This document shows, piece after piece, positions 1-8,000 of a stretch of DNA of 11,202 nucleotides. Below the pieces are notes generated by a model. That model saw only the letters and a program-made list of their open reading frames with translations. It had not been told where the DNA came from and made no database searches. How positions within the stretch are numbered: position 1 is the first letter of the stretch; each line of letters starts with the position of its first letter. The position numbers were made by a program, and so were the translations under genes. The stretch is from an uncultured Chloroflexia bacterium (GTDB taxonomy: Bacteria > Chloroflexota > Anaerolineae > B4-G1 > SLSP01), in assembly GCA_963751345.1 (NCBI GenBank), contig CAVVUS010000016.1:1-11202 (forward strand). Direction: 5' to 3'.

Positions 1-333
1 CAGGTGGGCGCCAATAGTGGACCGCGGGCGTCGGCGGCAGGATCTCGCCCGCTCCGGGCGCACCCCAGGCCTGTCAATGCACACTGCGGTTCGCGCACAT
101 GCTGACGTCTAGTCGCATCACGTCTCGTGCGATCGTGACCTGTGCGCATCCCGTGTCAGCTAGAGCAGGTCATGCCTGCGCGCAGAGCGGGCGAGCCGCC
201 CGCGGTCCGGTATCGGATCGCTCTTTCTCGTCTGCTCCTAGAACGCCGGCGACGGGCTCTGCCCTTGGGTTGGTACCGGGTTCCCGCGCTCGGATGACCG
301 GCGACCGGACCCCGAGTCTCCTTGCCACAACAA

Positions 334-366
334 AGACTGGACCCATCTGGCAGATGGGTCCAGTCT
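334..366 (-). terminator. Probable intrinsic terminator of the fmdE-family/TSUP operon
   Basis: Perfect 16-bp inverted repeat AGACTGGACCCATCTG-g-CAGATGGGTCCAGTCT, 26 nt past the TSUP stop. On the minus strand the stem runs into TTTGTTGT. Confidence 0.75.
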
Positions 367-392
367 CCAGGAACCACGCCAACGCACCGGCA

Positions 393-1151
393 TCAGCCCA
401 GGATCACGTCCTTGACGATGATCAGGGCGGCGACGCCCAGAAGCACCCAGCCGAAGACCAGCTTGATGGCCCGCGGCTTCAACCGGTCGGCCATCAGCCG
501 CGAGCCGAGCTGGCTGCCCAGCAGGACCGCGACCACGGTCGCCAGCCAGAGACCCCAGGCCGGCTGCGCCGCCGTGAACAGGTGCGAGACAAAGCTGGAG
601 ATGCCGGAACCGGTCACCACCAGCGCCGAGGTGGCCGCGGCCAATCTGGCGTCCAGCCCGGTGATGTACAGCAGCGGCACCACGAACGAGCCCCCGCCGC
701 GACCGATCAGCCCGGCGATGAGGCCGAGGGCGCTGCCGGCGGTCAGGCCCAGGATCACGCGTCCCCGGTTCGAGAGCGCGCCTCCCTTGGGCTTCCATCC
801 CGAGAGCATCAACACCGCGGCCGAGGCCGTGAACAGGGCGAAGATGATCAGCAGCGGCTTGACCGGCAGCAGGATGTTCAGCCACACGCCCAGCGGCGCG
901 AAGGCGATCATCGTCACGGCGAAGGGGATCGCGATCCGCCACGAGATCAGGCCCTTGCGGCCATAGGTGATGGCCGCCGAGCCGCTGTTGACCACGTTGA
1001 GCAGCATGCCCAATGGCACGGCTTCCGTCTTGAAGTCCATTCCCATCCAGAACAGGATCGGGATATAGAGCTGCGAGCCGCCCATGCCCAGCATTGAGAA
1101 GACAAAGGCGATCACGAAAAAGATCGGCGGGGCCAGGTACAGCGGATTCAT
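393..1151 (-). CDS. Sulfite exporter TauE/SafE (TSUP) family membrane protein, 252 aa
   Basis: About 8 hydrophobic segments, with twin motifs SMLGMGGSQLYIPIL and GLIGRGGGSFVVPLL plus AAATS and GSQLGSR, typical of TSUP. Start moved from the ORF-track 1259 to ATG at 1151 (MNPLYLAPP), which is preceded by RBS GAGGAG. Confidence 0.9.
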   Translation of the reverse strand: MNPLYLAPPIFFVIAFVFSMLGMGGSQLYIPILFWMGMDFKTEAVPLGMLLNVVNSGSAAITYGRKGLISWRIAIPFAVTMIAFAPLGVWLNILLPVKPLLIIFALFTASAAVLMLSGWKPKGGALSNRGRVILGLTAGSALGLIAGLIGRGGGSFVVPLLYITGLDARLAAATSALVVTGSGISSFVSHLFTAAQPAWGLWLATVVAVLLGSQLGSRLMADRLKPRAIKLVFGWVLLGVAALIIVKDVILG

Positions 1152-1224
1152 ACGCGTCTCCTCATCCCGCCGGCTCCCCCACCGTCGATCAGACAGGCGA
1201 GAGAGCCGGTGGACGTAGCTTGAC

Positions 1225-1827
1225 CTAGCCCAGTCCGGCGCAGGGGATGCACAGCACACGCCCCCCCTGCACGCGCGCGTTGCGCTCTACCACCATCTCG
1301 CCACACTCGTCGCACACCACCGACTCGAAGGTATGCGCGGGCTCCTGCCACACGTAGTCGAACACCTCGCTCACCTTGTACAGCTGGTCGGCGGGGGCGT
1401 TCATCACGCGCTCCACCAGCGGCTGCGCGATCTCATCAGGGATCATCGTCGGCGGGACACCGGCCTTGCGCTGGGCCATGAACTCGGTGCGCTTGTTGGC
1501 CTCCATCGCCTCGGCCAGGGGCGCCACACGCACCGCCTTCCCCTGCTTTCTGTCGATCAGGGTCAGTCCCCACTTGCCGTAGTGCAGCTTCTTGATGTTG
1601 CCCTTGCCAAAAGTGCAGCCCGTCGCCACCTGGACGCCGTCGGCAAAGCAGGTGGCACAGTGCGCCTCATCGATCTCGACCAGGGCGACCAGCTCGCCCG
1701 CGCCGGCGCGCTGCTCCACGCCCAGCGCTTCCATGGCCGCCATGCTCACCCGCAGCCCCATCGGCATCGCCGGGCACTTGTGTCCGTGAAACCACAGCCC
1801 CTTCTCCAGCAGTTCGTCTCTGTTCAT
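1225..1827 (-). CDS. FmdE-family (formylmethanofuran dehydrogenase subunit E-like) protein with C-terminal Cys4 zinc finger, 200 aa
   Basis: FHGHKCP, CFADGVQVATGCTFGKGN and YGKWGLT are FmdE signatures. C-terminal CDECGE...CIPC finger. AAAGGA upstream of the ATG. Confidence 0.92.
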   Translation of the reverse strand: MNRDELLEKGLWFHGHKCPAMPMGLRVSMAAMEALGVEQRAGAGELVALVEIDEAHCATCFADGVQVATGCTFGKGNIKKLHYGKWGLTLIDRKQGKAVRVAPLAEAMEANKRTEFMAQRKAGVPPTMIPDEIAQPLVERVMNAPADQLYKVSEVFDYVWQEPAHTFESVVCDECGEMVVERNARVQGGRVLCIPCAGLG

Positions 1828-1851
1828 CTGAGTATCAAGTCCTTTCCAAGG

Positions 1852-1871
1852 ATATTCAACAAAACGAATAT
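1852..1871. promoter_or_regulatory. Palindromic operator ATATTC-N8-GAATAT (candidate ArsR/SmtB-type repressor site)
   Basis: Perfect 6-bp arms at 1852-1857 and 1866-1871, AT-rich in a GC-rich background and directly downstream of the -10 box. The regulator family is inferred. Confidence 0.6.
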
Positions 1872-1900
1872 AATATACCGCTGAGTTGCGCTCCTGTCAA
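1872..1900 (-). promoter_or_regulatory. Sigma70-type promoter of the fmdE-family/TSUP operon
   Basis: Minus strand reads TTGACA (1900-1895), a 17-nt spacer, then TATATT (1877-1872). Confidence 0.8.
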
Positions 1901-2144
1901 GGACCATCAGCGGAAGAGGGAAGCTGAGAGACACCCGAGGATGACGCTCTCGTCCCGCAGCGTCGCCAGGGCTTCGTCGCGGCGGCTCTCGTTCAGCGCC
2001 GCAGCCCACGCCCGCGAGCGCGGCGAGGAGCATCCTTCGGACGGCCGCCCGTGTCGAGGCCGGGTCATCCCCACCCCGAAGAACGTCTTCGCAACCTGAC
2101 GAGAGGTCTCCTCCGGTGAAGGTTCCTTTGTCGGGGCCCTCGCA

Positions 2145-3242
2145 TCATCCTGGGAGCAACTCGGCCACGTTCAGGTCCAGAAGTGCCGCGCAGAAACGGG
2201 GCCAGATGACCTCACGGTGCGCTCGTGCCTGCTCGTCCCTCAGGTTATCGCTACCTATCGCGATGACCATCCTGAGCAGACCGTCAACCATCGCATACCG
2301 GTAGTCGTCCCAACACTGGGAGAACGGGTAGCCGGTCACACCGTTCTCCACCAGCAGGGCGTGGTAGGCTCTCAGCAGCGCCGCTTCGTGGGCTCTTCTG
2401 TCCTCGATGGGTAGATTTCCGCCCAGGAACGAGGCGATGTCCAGGGCTCCGCGACCGAGCGTCAGGAACTGCCAGTCCACGACCGCCAGGGACATCTCGC
2501 TGCCTGTCCCGGTGAAGAAGAGGTTGTCCAGCATGTAGTCGTTGTGAATCAGTGTGAGCGGCGGGAGGTACACCGGCTTGAGGACCTCTGCCACGCTGGA
2601 CAGAAACCTGCGGCCAAGGGCCAGGATCGGTTCCGGCAGATCGGGCATCATCTTCGATACGAAGGGCTCCCAGTGCTGCTGATAGAGATCCTGCATCTGC
2701 CGTAGACCGGCAGACGTGCCGAACCACCGCAGCCAGTCGCGCCGGAGAAGGTGTGGGTCCTCCCAGTGGGCGGCGTGAAACCTGGCGATCTCACGAATTG
2801 CCAGTTCGGCTTCCGCCAGGGAGCACCCTGCGGCGCGGTCCCCATTCCGAGCTGGGGCCAGGTCCTCGAGCAGTAACACGAAGTCGCCGTTCTCGGCAGT
2901 GAAGGTACTGTGATAACAGACCGGCGTTCGGAGCTCAGCCTGGTCGGCTAGCTCCCGGTAGAACCGGACCTCGCGCTCAAACAGACCGGCCAGTCCCGGC
3001 GGCAGTTCTGGCACGTCTGGGCCAAACTTGGCGATGAGCGAGCGGGGAGCATCTCCCGGGTCGGTGTCGTACGATAGCCCCAGCCGCACGATCTGCCCTA
3101 TGGCTCCCTTCGTCCCGCCCAGCACCTCGGCAGTGCAGGACGCCACCCGCCCTCGTTTGAGCGCTCCCCCCGCATGCAGCGCCTCGGTAAGCCACTCGAC
3201 GGTCAACGCCTCAGGCCTTGTAGGAATCTTCATCTCCGTCAT
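2145..3242 (-). CDS. APH/choline kinase-like phosphotransferase (EcKinase/ecdysteroid-kinase-like), 365 aa
   Basis: SLIAK, FEREVRFY, LLLEDL, Brenner-type TLIHNDYMLDNLFF, VVDWQ and GALDIASFL. RBS GAGGAAGG directly upstream. Confidence 0.88.
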   Translation of the reverse strand: MTEMKIPTRPEALTVEWLTEALHAGGALKRGRVASCTAEVLGGTKGAIGQIVRLGLSYDTDPGDAPRSLIAKFGPDVPELPPGLAGLFEREVRFYRELADQAELRTPVCYHSTFTAENGDFVLLLEDLAPARNGDRAAGCSLAEAELAIREIARFHAAHWEDPHLLRRDWLRWFGTSAGLRQMQDLYQQHWEPFVSKMMPDLPEPILALGRRFLSSVAEVLKPVYLPPLTLIHNDYMLDNLFFTGTGSEMSLAVVDWQFLTLGRGALDIASFLGGNLPIEDRRAHEAALLRAYHALLVENGVTGYPFSQCWDDYRYAMVDGLLRMVIAIGSDNLRDEQARAHREVIWPRFCAALLDLNVAELLPG

Positions 3243-3280
3243 CCTTCCTCTAAGAGATTGGACCAGTCTTGGGGCTCCAC

Positions 3281-4762
3281 CTACCTCAGCGCCAGCGGCA
3301 GGTAGACCCAGGATCGGACGAACTCGTAAGCCCCCACGTCCACAACGCCGTGGCTGATTCGCGGGGCGCCGTCCAGGTCGGTCGAGACCGTGACCGCGCT
3401 GTTGGTCCCCGCGTCGATCGCCGGGGAGCCGGGTCGCAGGCGCAGATCACCATAGTCATTGTCGCCCGGCGTGAACCAGTCGCCATCACCCGGATCAGGG
3501 GTGCGCACGAAACGCGGGTCACCGGACAGGTTCCCGCCGCCATCGGTGACGCTGCTCGTGCCGTCGTTGTAGACCAGCGTGCCGGTGATGCCCCCCGATA
3601 CGAGACTGGTGGTGATGATGGGAGTGGCACCAGTATTGCGGATCTCGGCGCCTTGGGGGCCGGCGTCGTTCCACAGGATGACATTCGTCAGCTGGGGACT
3701 ACTGACGCCGGGATCGGGCGCGTAGTTGAACATTGCTCCGCCGCCGTAGGTGGCAGCGTTGCCGGAGAAGGTCACGTTGACCAGGCCGGGACTGCTGACG
3801 CCTTGGACGGCGTAGTGGGCCATTGCCCCGCCGTAGTAGCCGGCGGTGTTGTCTGAGAAGGTCACATTGGTGAGGTCGGGGCTGCTCTCACCGTCAAAGC
3901 CGTCGTTGTACATCGCCCCCCCCCAGACGGCAGCGGTGTTGCCGAAGAAGGTCACGTCGACCACGCTGGGGCCGCTGAACCCGCCATTCTGACCGTAGTT
4001 GGCCATCCCCCCGCCGCAATAGTCAGCGGCGTTGCCGGAGAAGATTACATTACGTAAGCTCGGGCTGCATTCGGACCCGCTCCCCGAGCCGTCACAGTAG
4101 AACCCACCACCGCTATCGCCGGGATACGCCCCGTTGGCCTGCCCGCCGGTGATGGTGAAGCCGTCCAGTCGGGTGGTCCCCGTGATCGGCGTCCCAGCCG
4201 CGCCATCCGCGGAGACCACATGGAAGCTATTGGTCCCCGTGATGCCGTCCGTACTCGTGATGACCCCGTTGGCATCGGTGACGTCATCGCCGCCGATGTC
4301 GCCGCTGAGGATGGTGAGGTTGGCCTTCCAGTCCCGCGCCGTGGGATCGCCCTCGGTACCCGGCGTCCCGGCGAACCCCCCGAGCAGCGACGCCCCGGGC
4401 ACCAGGCTGAATGTATCGCTGACGGTCGTGCCGGGCGTGTAGACTCCGCTCGCCACCCAGATCTCGTCGCCACTGACGGCGGTCGCGAGAGCGACGTGCA
4501 GGTCGGTGAACGCGGTGGTCCACGAGAGCCCGTTCGAGCCGTCCCCGCCGTAGGAGACATAGTACACGGTGCCGGCTGCCGCAGCGGCGCTCGGCGCCTC
4601 GAGGCCCGGGCTCTGCGATGCTTGCGCGTCGTGCGCCGGTTGGGCCGTCGCCGGAGCCCCCGCCTCCGCCCCCACCAGGCCACTTACGGCCAAGGCCAGC
4701 CCCACCCCCACGGCCAACGATAGAAGGACAAACGGAAAGCTACGTGTGACTCTCGTGGACAT
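3281..4762 (-). CDS. Secreted right-handed beta-helix / choice-of-anchor Q domain protein with C-terminal YLPLALR motif, 493 aa
   Basis: Signal peptide MSTRVTRSFPFVLLSLAVGVGLALAV. Contains VYYV...GLSWTTAF...DEIWVASGVY, LDGFTITGG, FxxN/GGAM repeats and DLRLRPGSPAIDAG...DLDGAPR...VDVGAYE. Start set to ATG 4762 (AAAGGCGG upstream) rather than 4798. Confidence 0.85.
   Translation of the reverse strand: MSTRVTRSFPFVLLSLAVGVGLALAVSGLVGAEAGAPATAQPAHDAQASQSPGLEAPSAAAAAGTVYYVSYGGDGSNGLSWTTAFTDLHVALATAVSGDEIWVASGVYTPGTTVSDTFSLVPGASLLGGFAGTPGTEGDPTARDWKANLTILSGDIGGDDVTDANGVITSTDGITGTNSFHVVSADGAAGTPITGTTRLDGFTITGGQANGAYPGDSGGGFYCDGSGSGSECSPSLRNVIFSGNAADYCGGGMANYGQNGGFSGPSVVDVTFFGNTAAVWGGAMYNDGFDGESSPDLTNVTFSDNTAGYYGGAMAHYAVQGVSSPGLVNVTFSGNAATYGGGAMFNYAPDPGVSSPQLTNVILWNDAGPQGAEIRNTGATPIITTSLVSGGITGTLVYNDGTSSVTDGGGNLSGDPRFVRTPDPGDGDWFTPGDNDYGDLRLRPGSPAIDAGTNSAVTVSTDLDGAPRISHGVVDVGAYEFVRSWVYLPLALR
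3668..4113 (-). repeat. Intragenic 90-93-nt tandem repeats encoding Pmp-like beta-helix rungs (SSPxLxNVTFxxNxAxxxGGAM)
   Basis: The FxxN Asn codons recur at 3758, 3848, 3938 and 4031 with DNA-level similarity (gttgccggagaaggtcac-like). A further partial unit (SSPQLTNVILWN) follows. Confidence 0.8.
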
Positions 4763-4796
4763 GGTCCCGCCTTTCGCTGATGTTTCTATTTCTATC

Positions 4797-4830
4797 AATA
4801 TTATATACTAAATCATTTCCGTTAGGTCAC
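4797..4830 (-). promoter_or_regulatory. Probable promoter of the choice-of-anchor Q gene
   Basis: AT-rich patch. Minus strand has GTGACC-17 nt-TATATA, with an overlapping perfect TATAAT at 4805-4800. Confidence 0.55.
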
Positions 4831-4864
4831 TCACTTGCTTAATGAACCCACTTCAAGCCCGCGC

Positions 4865-4893
4865 TTGACATCTGCGCGTTTCTCGCCCATCAT
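4865..4893 (+). promoter_or_regulatory. Probable promoter of the S8 protease gene
   Basis: TTGACA (4865-4870), a 17-nt spacer, then CATCAT (4888-4893, 4/6 match to -10), about 120 nt upstream of the RBS-supported ATG. Confidence 0.5.
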
Positions 4894-5011
4894 AAGAGTG
4901 CCGTACGGGTGCCGGCCCACCATCTGCTACCTATGGCCGTCCACCGTCGCCCCTCCCCTGCTGGTTCCTGCGGCCCGGGTCACATCACGCCAAATACCAA
5001 GGAGGTCCGCC

Positions 5012-8000
5012 ATGAACCGGAGATTGGGCGCAATGCTCCACATTCCCCTGCTGTGTCTTCTGTTGTTCAGTATGCTCATCCCCTCGCCTCTCGTCTCACC
5101 ACTCCAGGCACAGACGGCTGCCGCGCCATCACCGCCGAAGGCGGCCCGATCCGCACCGCCCTGCTCTACAGTCAGGACACGAGCACGGCCCAGGCCTACG
5201 AAACTCTGCTCGAGGCCGACGACTTTGACGTGACGCTCGTCCAGATCGCCCTACCCGGGACCCTGCTCTACCTACCCCTGGTGGTCCGTGGCGGCGCCGG
5301 TAGCGTGCAGGTGACACAGTCGACTGCGCCACTGGCAGCGTCAGCCCTGCCCGACTTCTCCGCCTACGACCTGATCCTGGTGGCGGCAGACACGGGTAGC
5401 GGGACCCAGTGGTCGACCGAGCCGGGCCTGATCGCCGCGATCCGGGCGTCCGGGCTGCCGGTCGCGGGGCTCGGCGGGGGCGGCTACGCCCTCTTCGGCA
5501 AGCTGGGGCTCGAAATCGGGGCGCCAAACGGCGCGACCGGTGCCGACGACGCGGTTCGGGTCGCCGACTTCGGCGCCAGCCAGCAGGTGTACAACAGCCC
5601 GGTCGCCGTCTCGATCCCGCCCACCGAGGTGCTGACCCTGTTCACTGCCGCGCAGCCCGCCATCGCGATCCCGCTCGCCGGACAGCTTACCGATGGCATT
5701 CGAGTCGCGGCACTGGCAGACGCAGCGGGTCAGTACCCGATCTTGGTCGAGAACGATACCTACTTGCTCTGGGGATTCGATGCGGCGCCCGCCGGCATGA
5801 CCGGAACCGGCAGCCGGCTCTTCCTCAACGCGCTGCACTACTTGATGCGCGACCTGGCGCTGCCGATCAAGGGCACGAGCTTCATCCCCGGTGCCGGCTT
5901 CGACCCCGACTTCCTGGCCGCCCTCGGCGGCAGCCTGGAGCCGCTTCACGCCTTCGTGCAACTCGACCACATCCCCTCGCCCGCGGAGCGTGACGCGCTG
6001 GCGGCGGCGGGCGTGACGCTGCAGGACTTCCTGGGCGGCACCTTCTACGTCGCACTCGTCGACCCCGGTTTCGATCCTGCCGGCGCCTTCGTCCAGGCCA
6101 TGATCCGCTGGATGGGCGGCATTATGCCCGAATGGAAGATCGATCCCGATCTGTTGGCCCCGGGCGTCCAGAGCGTGGCCGAGATCACGACGGTGCTCGT
6201 GGTCTTCCACGACGACGTCACGGTGCAGGAAGCCGAGGCCGTGCTGAACGGCTACAGCCCGGCCATAGCGCCGGTCTACTACGGCAGCCAGACCTGGCTC
6301 GTGCCGCGCGCGATCAACCTCACGGCGCTGGCACAGGAGCCGGTCGTCCGCTGGATCGCGTTTGGCCCCCCGCCCGAGCAGGACGCCAACGATCAGGCCC
6401 GCGCCGACACGGGGAGTGAGATCGTCCAGAACATCTACATCCCCGCCACCGGTGACCCCACCTACCTCGGGCTCAGCGGAGATGGCGTCGTGATCGGGCA
6501 CTTCGAGCGTAGAGCCGACCAGACCCACGATGACATCAGTCCGCGCGCCACCAGCGGCTCTGCCGCCCACGCCAGCACCAGCAGCCACGCGACCCACGTT
6601 GCGGGCATCATGATCGGCAACGGCACTCGCTCTCAGGCCACGGGCGGCACGCCCTTCCAGTGGCGCGGGCACGCTCCTGAGGCGTCGATCGTTGCGGAGA
6701 GCTACGACCTGACCGTGGCGAAGGCCGACGACATCGTCAACTCCTACGGTGCCGAGCTCTCCAACCACTCGTACGTGATGACCTACGGCACCTACGACGC
6801 CGTGGCCGCCCTGGTCGATACCATCGTCCGGGGGGACGGTGTCACGTCCGGGGGTGACAGCATCGCGCCGCACCTGGCGGTCTGGGCAGCCTGTAATCAA
6901 GGGCTTTTCAGCCAATACGACAATGAGGAGGGCTTCTACTCCATCTACGCGCCCGCCAAGAACTCATTGGCCGTCGGCTCGATCGACACCACCGACCAGC
7001 AGCTGAGTCTCTTCAGCTCGAAGGGGCCTACCTTTGACGGACGCATCAAGCCCGACGTGATGGCCCCGGGCTCCCACTCGTGGAATGCCACGACAGACAC
7101 CACCACCGACATCTGGTCGACGCAGCTCGGTACCAACGGCTACACGGGCAAGTCGGGCACGTCGATGGCGGCACCCGCCACAACCGGTGTGTTGGCCTTG
7201 ATGCTGGAGCAGTGGCACAACAGCTACGGGACCGGGTCACACGCGCTGCCTGCCACGCTCAAGGCCATCCTGGTCAACACCGCGATCGACATGGTCCACA
7301 CCGCGTCCGACGCCAGCGATGACAACGACCCGGACCTCTGCCGCAACCAGGGCGCGGGCGGGACGGCGCTGAACTACACCAATGCGCTCGACCCCGACTG
7401 CTGGACCCGCTACACTGCGGGGCCCGACTACGCCACGGGCTACGGCATGATCAACGCGCCCGCCGCCGTCGCCGCGGTCCGCGGCCATCTGTGGGTGGAG
7501 AGCGTCGTCAACCCGACGACGGACACCCGCACGTGGACCTTCACGGTCCCGCCGGGGCGCGACGAGCTGCGCTTCACGCTCGCCTGGGATGACGAGCCGG
7601 GCAGCGCCTCCGCCGCGAACACGACCGCGCGCCTGATCAACGACCTGGACCTGCGGCTGATCGGGCCGGATGCCACCACGCACTTCCCCTTCACGCTCAA
7701 TCCGCTGCCCGCCAACGCCAACCTGGGTAACGGTGGGCTGGATCCCATCGACGCGACCGACCTGACCGCTGCGTTCCGCGGCGACGACGACCGCAACAAC
7801 GTCGAGCAGGTGCTGGTCGAGAACCCGGCGGCGGGCACGTGGACGGTCCAGGTGACGGTGGAGGGCGGGTTCCCCACCGGCGACCCGCAGACCTTTGGCC
7901 TGGCCGGGGACGCCCGCACTCTGAACATCGTCTCACCGCAGACCGGTAACGTGGCCGAGGCCGGCGATCCGGCGAACCCCGACGTCATCATGGTCGAACT

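Noticed and set aside
49-77. Minus-strand TTGACA at 77-72 as a promoter
   Set aside because: No -10-like hexamer at 16-18 nt spacing.
99-1097. 332-aa plus-strand ORF and the other ORFs overlapping the TSUP gene
   Set aside because: Shadow ORFs of a GC-rich gene, with Arg/Gln/His/Gly-biased translations and no family motifs.
1152-1259. N-terminal extension of the TSUP ORF
   Set aside because: It overlaps the FmdE-family gene and is hydrophilic, and a strong RBS lies before ATG 1151.
2145-3242. Phosphotransferase as an aminoglycoside-resistance gene
   Set aside because: Its length and motifs (EREVRFY, DWQ) fit the broad EcKinase-like group, and the substrate cannot be inferred.
3255-3269. 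AGATTGG-a-CCAGTCT, resembling the base of the 334-366 hairpin
   Set aside because: Too short to distinguish from chance, so not called as a REP family.
3668-4113. Periodic repeats as a CRISPR array or DGR template/variable repeat
   Set aside because: They are in-frame degenerate coding repeats with no spacers, and no cas or reverse transcriptase gene is present.
4909-5011. ORF-track GTG start for the protease
   Set aside because: No convincing RBS or signal peptide. The ATG at 5012 has both.
5105-5140. Programmed -1 ribosomal frameshift in the protease
   Set aside because: No X-XXY-YYZ slippery heptamer, and two similar deletions elsewhere in the window suggest sequencing error.
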